A stretch of 44,756 nucleotides of DNA, from assembly GCA_033762295.1 (NCBI GenBank), contig JANRLW010000101.1, forward strand, positions 1 to 44,756, in the 5' to 3' direction. Made by a program: the position numbers and the translations under genes. Source of the stretch: Capsulimonadales bacterium. Its GTDB lineage: Bacteria > Armatimonadota > Armatimonadia > Armatimonadales > Armatimonadaceae. Positions 7,705 through 17,137 of this stretch are shown in pieces. The notes below the pieces were generated by a model that was not told the DNA's origin, did not search any database, and worked only from the letters and a program-made list of their open reading frames with translations. Position 1 is the stretch's first letter; every line of letters begins with the position of its first letter.

Positions 7705-10329
7705 TCAGCGACCTGCCCTATCGGTTCGCCGTCCGGTGTTCGCCTCCCTGCCGGCCTGCCCAACGGTTTCGTCGTTCGCAAAAGGCGCGTTGCCCGTCGG
7801 ACGAACCGGGTAGGGAGTATCGACGCCGCGGATCGAATGCCAGATCACGCGCGACAGAATCTCCGGGTCGGGGCGATCGATGCCGCTCCAGTCCAGGGCC
7901 AGGCTCTGACGGGTCCAGTAGAGTTCCTTCCCGGTCTGCGCCTGCACCGGCGGGTTCATCTCATCCAGCGGAACGGTGTTCGGCGTCACCGTATACGGGG
8001 TCAGGTCCGGGGTATCGGTGAAGCAGTCGGAGAGCGGCGGCGTTACCGCGTCGAAGCGGTTCATCGGGTCCAATCCGAGCATCAATTCGATCGACCGCAG
8101 CATCGAGACCGTCGTAAGGAGTGTGCTATCCGTGAACTTCCGTCGTACGTACGGGGAGATCGCCATATACACGGTGCGATGCCCGTCGACATGATCCGGG
8201 CCGCTCTGCGCATCGTCCTCGATGACGAAAATGCAGGTGTTTTTCCACTGAGGCGACTTCGAAACGGCTTCCACCACCCGCCCCAGCGCCAGGTCATTAT
8301 CCGCCATCATCGCCCGCACCGTCGGATACTGCGGGTTACGTCCCTCGGTATGGTCGCACGGCAGGGAGAGGATCATCAGGTTGGGCACCCTGTTCTCCCG
8401 GCTGAACCTGGTATACTCCTCGATGAAAAGGTCGGCGCGCACCTGATCCGACTGCCAGAGCGGCCAGTAGACGACCTCGGGGTGAATGTACTTCCGCAGG
8501 CTGTCGACCCTGGTCCCGACCCGATACCGGAATCGGCCCCGCCCCCGGTCCTTCCAGATATCCATCCAGCTTCCGGGTTCGAACGGTTCGCCGTCCGGGT
8601 GTGCGGCCGTCTTTCGGCTCGTATCGAGGAAGGTCGCCATCCGGTCGTCGCAGAACTCGCCGTAGACCCGGATGCTCTTCCCCTTCTTTTCCGCCGCGTC
8701 CCAGAGGTTCCCCGACGCCGGAATCGACATCGCGAAGTCGCCGTCGTCCGGGTAGGTGCGATAGCCGGTATAGAAGTGTTCCAGGTAGTCGTTGGCGATC
8801 GCCTGATTGGACCAGGCGTGTCCGTCCGCGGAGTTGGTCCCGCTCACATACCCGTTATCGAACAGCGTGAACTCCTGCGCGATTTTGCGGTGATTGGGTG
8901 CGAAAGGCGCGAGAATGGCCAGGTTGGGATCGCCGTTTCCCTGCGGCAGGTCTCCGAACACCTCGTCGTACGTCCGGTTTTCCTTAATAATATAGAGAAC
9001 GTGCTTGATCGCCCCGTTGTAGACCGCCCGTTTCGGTTTCAGTTGGTCGGCGGTGCGGTTCCAGCCGTTATTTCGGACCACCTTGGCTGTTTCGACAGCC
9101 AGGTCGGCGTTCAGATCGAGGACGCTGACCGTTCCCTGGAAATCGTGGGCATTGCCCTTCTCCCCCTTGACCGTGTTGCGTACGGAGCCATTCCCCTTGG
9201 TATTGATGACCCAGGCGGTCCTGCCATCGGCGGTCAGGGCGATTCCGGAGGGAAAGTACCCGACGGGGCGGTAACCGCGTATGGCCCGGTCGTCCTTTGC
9301 CGACAGGTCGGCTTCGGCCACGGCGTTATCGCCACCATTACACACAAACAGGGTCTTTTTGTCGGGTGAGAGAGCCAGAGCATTCGGCATCGCGCCGAAC
9401 AGGCGCAGATTCGGCTGACGGACGGGGATCGTTCGCACCACTTTCCGGGCCGCCGTATCGACCACGCTGACGCTGTCGGACGCCGCACAGGCGACATAGG
9501 CACGGTTTCCGTCGATCAGGACGCCGGTCGGGTGCTTCCCGACCGGAATCACCGTGTTCCCCTCCCCGTTCAGGGAGATCAGGCTGACGGTTCCCGACGC
9601 CGGGCCGCCCAGCGCATCGACCGTGATCTCGGCGTTTCCGCTGGCGGCCTTGCGGTCTTTCGTCGTCGGCGACTTTCCGCCCCAGTTGGAGACGACCAGG
9701 GTCCTCTCGTCCGCCGTCAGTTTGACATCGAACGGCAACAGTTCGGTCCGGTACTCCCCGCGAACCTTTCCGGAGGACAGGTCGATGCGCACGACGGCGT
9801 TCAGATCGCAGCAGGCGACGAAGAGCGATGCGCCGTCGCGGGTGATGGCCATCCCGCCCGGTCTCGGATTATCGACATTGGTTCGGCCACGGTAGGATTT
9901 CCCGTTATCGTCGACCAGCAGTCGACGCCCCGCCGTCAGGGTCCGCGCATCGGTCAGGTTCATTTCGAGCACGAACCCGCCCGCCGCGCTGGCGTAGCAT
10001 TTTTTGCCATCCGGCGACCAGATCAGCCCGTGATAGGCCGCCCCGGCGCCGAGGGGAACGGCGTCTCCGTCGAGGACACCGGAGCGGGAGACGAGGAAAA
10101 CGCGATTCTGCCCGAGAACGGCGGCGAACTCCCCCGACGGATGCAGGGCGAGATCGATAGGTCGACCGTCGAACGCGATGGCTCCCGGTTCGATCCGCTG
10201 ACCGGAGGAGACAAAAAAGGCGCCGTCGGCCTGCTTACCAAGCCGGAATATCGCGGGAACGGCGGCGACGCTCAGCAATGCGCCGGCGGCCAGCGCGAGC
10301 GTCAACGGACGGGAGAACGGGACACGCAT
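7705..10329 (-). CDS. Secreted YVTN/YncE beta-propeller plus phosphoesterase (phospholipase C / AcpA-like, alkaline phosphatase superfamily) protein
   Basis: Signal peptide, propeller repeats (IPVGKHPTG, SDSVSVVDT, PVGYFPSG), then HVLYIIKENRTYDEVFGD, NSADGHAW, LPCDHT, DNDLALG, EDDAQSGPDHVDGHR. Confidence 0.88.
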   Translation of the reverse strand: MRVPFSRPLTLALAAGALLSVAAVPAIFRLGKQADGAFFVSSGQRIEPGAIAFDGRPIDLALHPSGEFAAVLGQNRVFLVSRSGVLDGDAVPLGAGAAYHGLIWSPDGKKCYASAAGGFVLEMNLTDARTLTAGRRLLVDDNGKSYRGRTNVDNPRPGGMAITRDGASLFVACCDLNAVVRIDLSSGKVRGEYRTELLPFDVKLTADERTLVVSNWGGKSPTTKDRKAASGNAEITVDALGGPASGTVSLISLNGEGNTVIPVGKHPTGVLIDGNRAYVACAASDSVSVVDTAARKVVRTIPVRQPNLRLFGAMPNALALSPDKKTLFVCNGGDNAVAEADLSAKDDRAIRGYRPVGYFPSGIALTADGRTAWVINTKGNGSVRNTVKGEKGNAHDFQGTVSVLDLNADLAVETAKVVRNNGWNRTADQLKPKRAVYNGAIKHVLYIIKENRTYDEVFGDLPQGNGDPNLAILAPFAPNHRKIAQEFTLFDNGYVSGTNSADGHAWSNQAIANDYLEHFYTGYRTYPDDGDFAMSIPASGNLWDAAEKKGKSIRVYGEFCDDRMATFLDTSRKTAAHPDGEPFEPGSWMDIWKDRGRGRFRYRVGTRVDSLRKYIHPEVVYWPLWQSDQVRADLFIEEYTRFSRENRVPNLMILSLPCDHTEGRNPQYPTVRAMMADNDLALGRVVEAVSKSPQWKNTCIFVIEDDAQSGPDHVDGHRTVYMAISPYVRRKFTDSTLLTTVSMLRSIELMLGLDPMNRFDAVTPPLSDCFTDTPDLTPYTVTPNTVPLDEMNPPVQAQTGKELYWTRQSLALDWSGIDRPDPEILSRVIWHSIRGVDTPYPVRPTGNAPFANDETVGQAGREANTGRRTDRAGR

Positions 10330-10384
10330 ATCTTCCCTCGGATTTACTGATTATCATCCCTGGCCGGGGACGACCGTTGCTGAT

Positions 10385-10415
10385 CTTAACAAAACGATGT
10401 TAAGGGAAGATTAAG
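10385..10415 (-). promoter_or_regulatory. Pho-box-like operator upstream of the phosphoesterase/phosphonate operon
   Basis: Minus strand has CTTAA direct repeats 11 bp apart (plus-strand ttaag at 10400 and 10411), overlapping the inverted repeat CTTAACA-N6-TGTTAAG (10385-10404). Confidence 0.5.
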
Positions 10416-10427
10416 ACCACGAAGAAG

Positions 10428-10455
10428 AACAGCCAGGCGGAAAAGCCTGGCTGTT
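10428..10455 (-). terminator. Intrinsic terminator-like hairpin after clpS
   Basis: Perfect 11-bp stem AACAGCCAGGC/GCCTGGCTGTT with a pyrimidine tail on the minus strand. Confidence 0.6.
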
Positions 10456-10486
10456 GTTCGGGGGAGCCACGGAAACCGGAAACGGC

Positions 10487-10828
10487 TCAGGCGCGATCCG
10501 TTTCCACCTGAAGACGAATGCTGGCGATGATTGCCGCGACACGATCACACTCCTCCTTGGTCCCGGAGAAGCAGATGGCGCGGCCACGAGTATGCACTTC
10601 CCAGGCGATGGCCGCGCCTTTTTCGAGCGAACAGCCGGTCGCCTTCTGCAAAATCATGATGACGTCGTCAAACGTATGCCAATCGTCGTTGTACAGAATG
10701 ACGATCCAGGGACCATCGATATCCGCACCATGGCGAATATCCTCGATTTCGTCAAAACCGGGCAGACCGAGCGGCGACGGCGAAATCGTCGGCGTGTCGG
10801 GCAAAACAGGCGTGTCAATAGCTGGCAC
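10487..10828 (-). CDS. clpS: ATP-dependent Clp protease adaptor ClpS
   Basis: WIVILYNDDWHTFDDV...A..IAWEVHTRGRA core. GTG start. Confidence 0.88.
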   Translation of the reverse strand: MPAIDTPVLPDTPTISPSPLGLPGFDEIEDIRHGADIDGPWIVILYNDDWHTFDDVIMILQKATGCSLEKGAAIAWEVHTRGRAICFSGTKEECDRVAAIIASIRLQVETDRA

Positions 10829-10968
10829 GGGCGGTTTCCCTTTCCGGAATGGTGATCCGTATTCCTAAAAATCCGCGATCATTCTACCACGGAAGCCTTC
10901 CGGTAGGGAACCGACCGACCATCGCGCGGAGCCGTTCCGACGCCGCGACCGGGCCGGAAGAAACGGCG

Positions 10969-11532
10969 TCACATCGGCGGCAATTCCAGTTCCCGGCGCA
11001 GTTCGTTGTACCGTTTTCTCCAGGCCGGATCGTCCATATCGTTGATCCAGAGGATATCCGCGTTCTCGTTGTTATCCGAATAGTAGTTCTTGCGTACCGC
11101 CACCCAGAGAAACCCGTATTTCTCGTACAGACGGTGCGCGACGACGTTCGAGGACCGCACTTCCAGCGTCGCGCGGTTCGCCCCCTGCCGCCGCGCCAGA
11201 AACAGCATTTCGGAGAGCATCCGTTCGCCGATGCGCCGTCCCCGGCACTCCGGCTTCACCGCGATCGTCGTCACATGCGCCTCGTCCATGACCACCCAGA
11301 GGCCCGCATATCCGACGATATTCTCCGTCAGTCCGGTTCGGCCGTCGACGGCCACCAGATAGGTCGCGTTCGGATTCGCCAGTTCGGTGACATACGCCTG
11401 AACGCTCCAGGCGGTGGAGAACGCCGTCCGCTCGATGCGCGACACCTGTTCGATATCGGACGTCCGCATCCGGCGAACGAGGATCGGGCTTTCCCCGGGC
11501 CGGTTTTCCGTTCTCTCGTTCAACTCGACCAT
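10969..11532 (-). CDS. rimI: Ribosomal-protein-alanine N-acetyltransferase RimI
   Basis: IERTAFSTAWS, DEAHVTTIAV, TLEVRSSN..A..LYEKYGF, RKNYYSDNNENA. Confidence 0.92.
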   Translation of the reverse strand: MVELNERTENRPGESPILVRRMRTSDIEQVSRIERTAFSTAWSVQAYVTELANPNATYLVAVDGRTGLTENIVGYAGLWVVMDEAHVTTIAVKPECRGRRIGERMLSEMLFLARRQGANRATLEVRSSNVVAHRLYEKYGFLWVAVRKNYYSDNNENADILWINDMDDPAWRKRYNELRRELELPPM

Positions 11533-11544
11533 GGCGGTTTCGGG

Positions 11545-11988
11545 TTACCCGTGTCCGATTTCGCTTGCGACCGCCGGAATACCGGTATCTCCCTCGATCC
11601 AGAACGTTCCGTCCGCCGCGAACTCCTTCTTCCAGATCGGGACGTCCTCCTTGAGCGTATCGATCGTCCAGCGACAGGCGTCGAACGCCTCGGCGCGGTG
11701 CGCACTCGACACGCAGATCACCACCGCCGCCTCGCCGACCGCGATCGGCCCGTACCGATGGAGAATGGCGGACTTCAACCCCCACCGCTCCCGAACTTCC
11801 TCGACAAGCCGCTTCATCCGCTTCTCCGCCATCGGCGCATAAACCTGATACTCCAGACCGGTCACGGCGCGACCGCGCGAATGGTTTCGCACGACCCCGA
11901 CAAAAAGCACGTACGCCCCGTCGGCCTCGGTCATCACCGCATCGATCGCCCTTTGCGGGTCCAGTTTCTCGGTAGTCAGAAGTACCAT
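11545..11988 (-). CDS. moaE: Molybdopterin synthase catalytic subunit MoaE
   Basis: FVGVVRN, LEYQVYAPMA, HRYG.IAVGE, SAHRAEAF, LKEDVPIWKKE. Confidence 0.93.
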   Translation of the reverse strand: MVLLTTEKLDPQRAIDAVMTEADGAYVLFVGVVRNHSRGRAVTGLEYQVYAPMAEKRMKRLVEEVRERWGLKSAILHRYGPIAVGEAAVVICVSSAHRAEAFDACRWTIDTLKEDVPIWKKEFAADGTFWIEGDTGIPAVASEIGHG

Positions 11989-12129
11989 ACTCCGTTATAA
12001 CCCTACGTTTCCGGGGTTTGTTGAATCGCCCGAAAAATACTCAAAAAAGGAAACAAAAAGGGATCGTCAACGGGCGATGCCGGATCGGCTCGACCGTTGT
12101 TCCACGGGTTATATTGGTCCGTTCGCGTC

Positions 12130-13245
12130 TTATTCCTTCCCGGCGGTCGCCGGAAGGTAGGGTCGCAAGGCGGCCAGGAACGCCGTTTCGTTGTCGATTT
12201 TCATCCCGATACGCAGGGCATGGAACGCCGGGTCGCCCTCCCGGAGCAGCGGGGCGATTTTCACCAGGTCTTTCTCCGTCGTTACGGCAACCGGAACGTT
12301 CGCCATCGCGGCGACCCGGTCGAGGTCGGCGCGGGTATAGCGATGGTGATCGCCGAACGCCAGGTTTGCCACGAGGTCCGCGCCCAATCTTCGAACGCTG
12401 TCCGCAAAGGCGTTCCCGTCCGCGATTCCGGAAACGGCGAGGACCGGTTGACCGGCGAACGTTTCCAAAGGCAGCGTCCCCCCGTCCGATGCCCGGACCC
12501 AGTCCACCGGTTCGTGCGTCGCCGTGAAGATCGGGGCTTTCGTGTACCTTCCGACCAGAGCGATGCGCTCCTGGCGTTCGGTGTCCGAAACCCGGTCGGC
12601 GCGCGTCAGAACCACGATTCCCGCTCGTGACAGATGCTCCGGCGGTTCGCGCAGCAGGCCGCGCGGCAACACGTGACCGTTATCGAACGGACGACGCGTG
12701 TCGAGCAGCACGATGTCCGGATCACGGTGCAGTTGCCAGTACTGCAGGGCGTCGTCGCACACGATCACGTCGGGTTGGAATCGTTCGACCGCGAGACGCC
12801 CCGATTTTCGGCGGTCCCGGCAGACCACCACGGGCACTCCCGGTAACGACCGTGCCAGCAGCACGGGTTCGTCCCCTGCCTCCGCCGGGGTCAGCAGGAC
12901 GGTTTCCCCGTCGCTCACCAACCGGGGGGTCGCCCGGCTCTCTCCGGTGCCGCCATGCCCGCGCGATAGCACGACCACGTGCAGTCCGACCTGCTGCAGG
13001 AAGCGGACGATCCGGATCGTCATCGGTGTTTTCCCCGTTCCTCCGGACGACAGGTTACCGACCGCTATCACCGGAACCGGGAGACGGTAGCGCTTACGGA
13101 TACCCAGGTGGAACGGCAGGAGATAGATTTCGAGTCCGACCCGGTGCAGAAAGGCGAACACCCGGAGCAGGCCGCGCAGCAAAGAGGCGCCGATGCCGTG
13201 ATCCCCGCCGTTGAGAACGTTCTCGACAAACGCCTCGCGTGTCAT
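12130..13245 (-). CDS. lpxK: Tetraacyldisaccharide 4'-kinase
   Basis: PVIAVGNLSSGGTGKTP, LSRGHGG, GDEP, DDALQ, LPRGLLREP, FGDHH, TTEKD.VK. Start overlaps the waaA stop (ATGA). Confidence 0.95.
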   Translation of the reverse strand: MTREAFVENVLNGGDHGIGASLLRGLLRVFAFLHRVGLEIYLLPFHLGIRKRYRLPVPVIAVGNLSSGGTGKTPMTIRIVRFLQQVGLHVVVLSRGHGGTGESRATPRLVSDGETVLLTPAEAGDEPVLLARSLPGVPVVVCRDRRKSGRLAVERFQPDVIVCDDALQYWQLHRDPDIVLLDTRRPFDNGHVLPRGLLREPPEHLSRAGIVVLTRADRVSDTERQERIALVGRYTKAPIFTATHEPVDWVRASDGGTLPLETFAGQPVLAVSGIADGNAFADSVRRLGADLVANLAFGDHHRYTRADLDRVAAMANVPVAVTTEKDLVKIAPLLREGDPAFHALRIGMKIDNETAFLAALRPYLPATAGKE

Positions 13246-14519
13246 TCGCCCCGGAGTTCCGCGATGACATCGACGCAGCGGGACGCCACGCCCTGGTTCC
13301 GCTCGATCAATCCTCGCGCCCGCGCCGCCTGCGCCTGCCGTTCGCTCCCGGACCGCTTCAGCAGGCGTGTGACGACCCATGCCAGCGTTTTGGCGTCCGG
13401 TACCATGAACCCCACGGCTTCGGACATCGCCAGCGCGGCGATATCCCGCTGATTGTTCATGAACGGTCCGAAGACGGCGGGGACGCCCTGTGCCAGCGGT
13501 TGAAAGACGCTCTGGCCGCCGAACGGTTTGAGCGACCCGCCGATAAAGGCGACATCGGCGACGGCGTAGACCCGGGCCAGTTCCCCGAACGAGTCCAGCA
13601 GCAGCGTCGAGGTCGCGCGGCGGTCCTCTCTCTGCGAACGACGGCGCAGGCCGGGGCCGAACGGCGCAGCGGCTTCGTCCGCGCGATCCAAATGGCGGGG
13701 AGCGACGATGACGAACAGGTCGGGGAACGACGATCGCAGAACGGCGACGGCTTCCGCCAGTATCTCCTCCTCGCCGGGACGCGTCGAGCCGCAGACCAGC
13801 ACCGGGACGTTGGGCGGAATCCCGAGGTCGGCGCGGAGGGTGGCTCGCTCGTCCGGCGTCAGCATCGTCGATGTTTCATCGAATTTGGTATTGCCCAGCA
13901 TCCGCACCTTTGCCGGATCGACGCCGACCCGTTCGGCCCGCCGGGCATCCTCCTCCGACTGCATGCAAAACCGATCGACCGCCGCCAATCCGGAGGCGAC
14001 GAAGAACCGTCCGCGCAGGCCGCGCCGCAGTCCTTTATCCGAAATGCGCCCGTTCAGCACGACGATCTTCGCCCCGCGCCGCTTCGCTTCGGTCAGGAAG
14101 TTGGGCCAGATCTCCCATTCCAGCAGGGCGACGACATCCGGGCGGATCGCCGCCAGCGCACGGGCCGTCACCCAGGGGAAATCCAGAGGGTAGTACACGA
14201 CGAGATCGGCCGGGGGCACCTGTTTCAGCGCGACCTCCCGCCCGCCGATCGTCGTCGTCGTGACGATCAGGAACGCTTCGGGATACCGTTTCCGCAGTTC
14301 ACGCAGGACCGGAATGGCCGCCATCAGTTCGCCGACGGAGACGCAGTGGACGTGCAGGCGGGGCCGCCCGGTCTCACCGTCGACCGCTTCCGGGTAGCGT
14401 CCCCAGCGTTCCGACCAGCGTTCCGTATCCTCCTTACCGATGCTGCGCCGGTAGAGCAGGTAAAGGTAGATCAGGGGAGAGAAGACCAGCAGAAGCAAAT
14501 TGTAGATCGCGAGCGACAT
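13242..14519 (-). CDS. waaA: 3-deoxy-D-manno-octulosonic acid (Kdo) transferase
   Basis: HCVSVGE, PLD, EWEIWPN, NGRIS, GNTKFD, GSTRPGEE, APRHLDR, DSFGEL, FIGGSL. Confidence 0.95.
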   Translation of the reverse strand: MSLAIYNLLLLVFSPLIYLYLLYRRSIGKEDTERWSERWGRYPEAVDGETGRPRLHVHCVSVGELMAAIPVLRELRKRYPEAFLIVTTTTIGGREVALKQVPPADLVVYYPLDFPWVTARALAAIRPDVVALLEWEIWPNFLTEAKRRGAKIVVLNGRISDKGLRRGLRGRFFVASGLAAVDRFCMQSEEDARRAERVGVDPAKVRMLGNTKFDETSTMLTPDERATLRADLGIPPNVPVLVCGSTRPGEEEILAEAVAVLRSSFPDLFVIVAPRHLDRADEAAAPFGPGLRRRSQREDRRATSTLLLDSFGELARVYAVADVAFIGGSLKPFGGQSVFQPLAQGVPAVFGPFMNNQRDIAALAMSEAVGFMVPDAKTLAWVVTRLLKRSGSERQAQAARARGLIERNQGVASRCVDVIAELRGE

Positions 14520-15521
14520 TCAGTGTGCCTTAACCGCGAGGGGTTCGGAAGCGATCGCGGACAGGGTCAGGTCGTCCGTCCGTCCCGCTTTCCAGTGATA
14601 GTATCCGGCCGCCGAGATCATCGCTCCGTTGTCGGTGCAGAGCGAGACGGGCGGGTAAAACAGCGCGAGGCCGGCGCGGTCGCACGCCTCGCGCATCCGC
14701 TCCCGGAGCCGTCGGTTCGCGGCCACTCCCCCGGCCAGAAAAATACGAGGGACCGCCTGCGCCTTCGCCGCGGCCAGCGTTTTGGATACCAGGACATCGA
14801 CGATCGCCTCCTGTAGCGACGCGGCCACATCGGCGATCCGATCCGTCGTCGGGGTGTCGACGAAACGGCGGACGGCGGTCTTCAGTCCGCTGAACGAGAA
14901 CTCGAACGCGCCGTCGAGGTGGGCGCGGGGAAAGGGGACCGCTTTCGGATCGCCCCCTTCGGCGGCCTTTTGTATCGCCGGCCCGCCCGGATAGTCCAGT
15001 CCGAGCAGGCGTGCGCATTTGTCGAACGCCTCCCCGGCGGCATCGTCCCGCGTCCGCCCGAGCAGCACGTAATCGCCATGCCCCCGCAGGTGGAACAGGT
15101 CCGTATGGCCGCCCGAGACGACCAGCGCGACTGCCGGAAAGTCGGCGTCGGCATGGGTCAGGAAGTTGGCGTACAGGTGGGCTTCGATATGGTGGATTCC
15201 GATCAGGGGGATACTCAGCGCCTGGGCCAGCGTCTTGGCCGCCGTGACGCCGACGAGCAATGCGCCGAGCAGGCCGGGACGACTGGTCACGGCGATGGCG
15301 TCCAGTTCGGCGAACGTCGTTCCCGCATCGTCGAGCGCCTGACGCAGCACGCGGTTTATCAGCTCCACGTGACGCCGGGAAGCGACCTCCGGAACGACTC
15401 CGCCGTACCGGGCATGTTCCGCCATCTGCGAGGCGACGACATTGGAAAGGACGATCCGACCGTCCTCGGTGACCGCCGCCGCCGTCTCGTCGCAGGACGT
15501 CTCAATCCCAAGAACCTTCAT
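14520..15521 (-). CDS. tsaD: tRNA N6-adenosine threonylcarbamoyltransferase TsaD
   Basis: LGIETSCDETAAA, GGVVPEVASRRH, HHIEAH, VSGGHT, DDAAGEAFDK, FSFSGLKTA, TDNGAMI. Alternative start 15530. Confidence 0.97.
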   Translation of the reverse strand: MKVLGIETSCDETAAAVTEDGRIVLSNVVASQMAEHARYGGVVPEVASRRHVELINRVLRQALDDAGTTFAELDAIAVTSRPGLLGALLVGVTAAKTLAQALSIPLIGIHHIEAHLYANFLTHADADFPAVALVVSGGHTDLFHLRGHGDYVLLGRTRDDAAGEAFDKCARLLGLDYPGGPAIQKAAEGGDPKAVPFPRAHLDGAFEFSFSGLKTAVRRFVDTPTTDRIADVAASLQEAIVDVLVSKTLAAAKAQAVPRIFLAGGVAANRRLRERMREACDRAGLALFYPPVSLCTDNGAMISAAGYYHWKAGRTDDLTLSAIASEPLAVKAH

Positions 15522-15552
15522 GCCGTCCATTGTAACACGCCCGGTTCCCCGG

Positions 15553-16971
15553 CTACTTACGGCGCACCGTCGGTCCCTGCGGCGTATCGACAATCTCGAA
15601 ACCGAGGTCGCCGATCTCCTTTCGGATCCCGTCGGCGCGGGAGAAATCCTTCGCCTTCCGCGCCGCCTGACGCGCCTCCAGCAGAGCGGTCACCTCCGGC
15701 GGCACCTCGACCGGGGCCTCTTCCCTGACGACGGCGCGTTCGGCAAAATTCAGGCCGAGAATGGCGTCGAACTCCCGCCAGAGACGAGGCGAACCGTAGG
15801 AGTGCAGCAGTCCGACCGCGCGCGGGACGTTCAGGTCGTCGTTCAATGCGGTCAGGACGTCCTCCCGCGCCTCCCGATAGGCCGTCTCTGCGGTCAGAGG
15901 TTCGTCCTCCGTTCGCGCGACCCGGTCATAGAGACGGTTCAGCGATGCCTGCGCGGTATCGAGCGACGATGCGCTCCCCTGACCGTCCTCGGTATCGCTC
16001 CATTGCCAGGCCAGTTCCATCTCCGAACGGTAATGCGCCTGAAGGCAGAGATACCGGTAGGCCAGCGGGTCGTACCCGGAGTCGATCAGGGTCTGAACGG
16101 TCAGGAATCCGCCCTTCGACTTGCTCATTTTCGCCTGTTTGCCCAGGGTCAGAAACGCCGCGTGCATCCAGTAATTGACGAACGTCCGTCCGGTCGCCGA
16201 TTCGCTCTGCGCGATCTCGTTGGTGTTATGGACCGGTATATGGTCGTTCCCGCCGCAGTGGATATCGAACGTCTCTCCCAGGTACTTCATGCTCATGGCC
16301 GAGCACTCGATATGCCAGCCGGGATACCCGACCCCCCAGGGCGACTCCCACTTCATGATATGGTTCGGCTTGTTGGCGAACCACAGCACGAAGTCCTGCG
16401 GAGTCCGTTTGCCGGTATCGACCACGACATCGGCGCGGGCCGCCTGCTGCTGCTGATCGAGCCGGGTGTTGGCGAGTTTCCCGTAGTCGTTCACCTTGCT
16501 CGTATCGAAGTACAGCCCTTCGGGCGTGGTATAGGTGAACCCCCGCTCCTCAAGCATCCGGTTGAGTTTGACCATCTCCGCGACATGCTCGGTAGCACGC
16601 GGCAGAATGTCCGGACGGCGAATGCCCAGTCGGTCCATATCGCGGAGGAAGTACTCCTCATACTTTCGCGCGATCTGATAGGGGTCGAGCTGTTCGCGCT
16701 TGGCGGCGACCGCCATTTTATCCTCGCCCGCGTCGGCGTCCGACGTCTGATGTCCGACGTCGGTAATATTCATGACCCAGGTGACGTCGTAGCCGTTGAA
16801 GCGCAGGGTACGCGACAGCAGATCCTCGAACAGAAAGGTTCGCAGGTTGCCGATATGGGCGAAGTTATAGACGGTCGGGCCGCAGGTATACAGGCCGACC
16901 TTGCCCGCGACCAGTGGCACGAACTTCTCTTTCGTGCGCGTGAGCGTATTGTAAATGAAAAAATCCGGCAT
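15553..16971 (-). CDS. cysS: Cysteine--tRNA ligase
   Basis: YTCGPTVYNFAHIGN (HIGH), PGWHIECSAM, KMSKS, DDLNVP, DFSRADGIR. Alternative start 16983. Confidence 0.97.
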   Translation of the reverse strand: MPDFFIYNTLTRTKEKFVPLVAGKVGLYTCGPTVYNFAHIGNLRTFLFEDLLSRTLRFNGYDVTWVMNITDVGHQTSDADAGEDKMAVAAKREQLDPYQIARKYEEYFLRDMDRLGIRRPDILPRATEHVAEMVKLNRMLEERGFTYTTPEGLYFDTSKVNDYGKLANTRLDQQQQAARADVVVDTGKRTPQDFVLWFANKPNHIMKWESPWGVGYPGWHIECSAMSMKYLGETFDIHCGGNDHIPVHNTNEIAQSESATGRTFVNYWMHAAFLTLGKQAKMSKSKGGFLTVQTLIDSGYDPLAYRYLCLQAHYRSEMELAWQWSDTEDGQGSASSLDTAQASLNRLYDRVARTEDEPLTAETAYREAREDVLTALNDDLNVPRAVGLLHSYGSPRLWREFDAILGLNFAERAVVREEAPVEVPPEVTALLEARQAARKAKDFSRADGIRKEIGDLGFEIVDTPQGPTVRRK

Positions 16972-17137
16972 GGCTTTCTGCATTATAGCCCGTCCATCGA
17001 TTTTCCTATAAACGGATCGGTATCTCTTTCGTTCCCGGGAAGGGTATGCCGACCGGATTGCTCCGGTTCCCGCTCTCGTGCTATAATGCCCCCAACTTTC
17101 CCGTATGTCGCCTGGTTTGTCGTAAGGAGAATTTCCG

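Noticed and set aside
7135..9369. 744-aa plus-strand ORF
   Set aside because: Antisense shadow of the phosphoesterase and PhnZ-like genes. Arg/Val-rich with no motifs, as expected in high-GC DNA.
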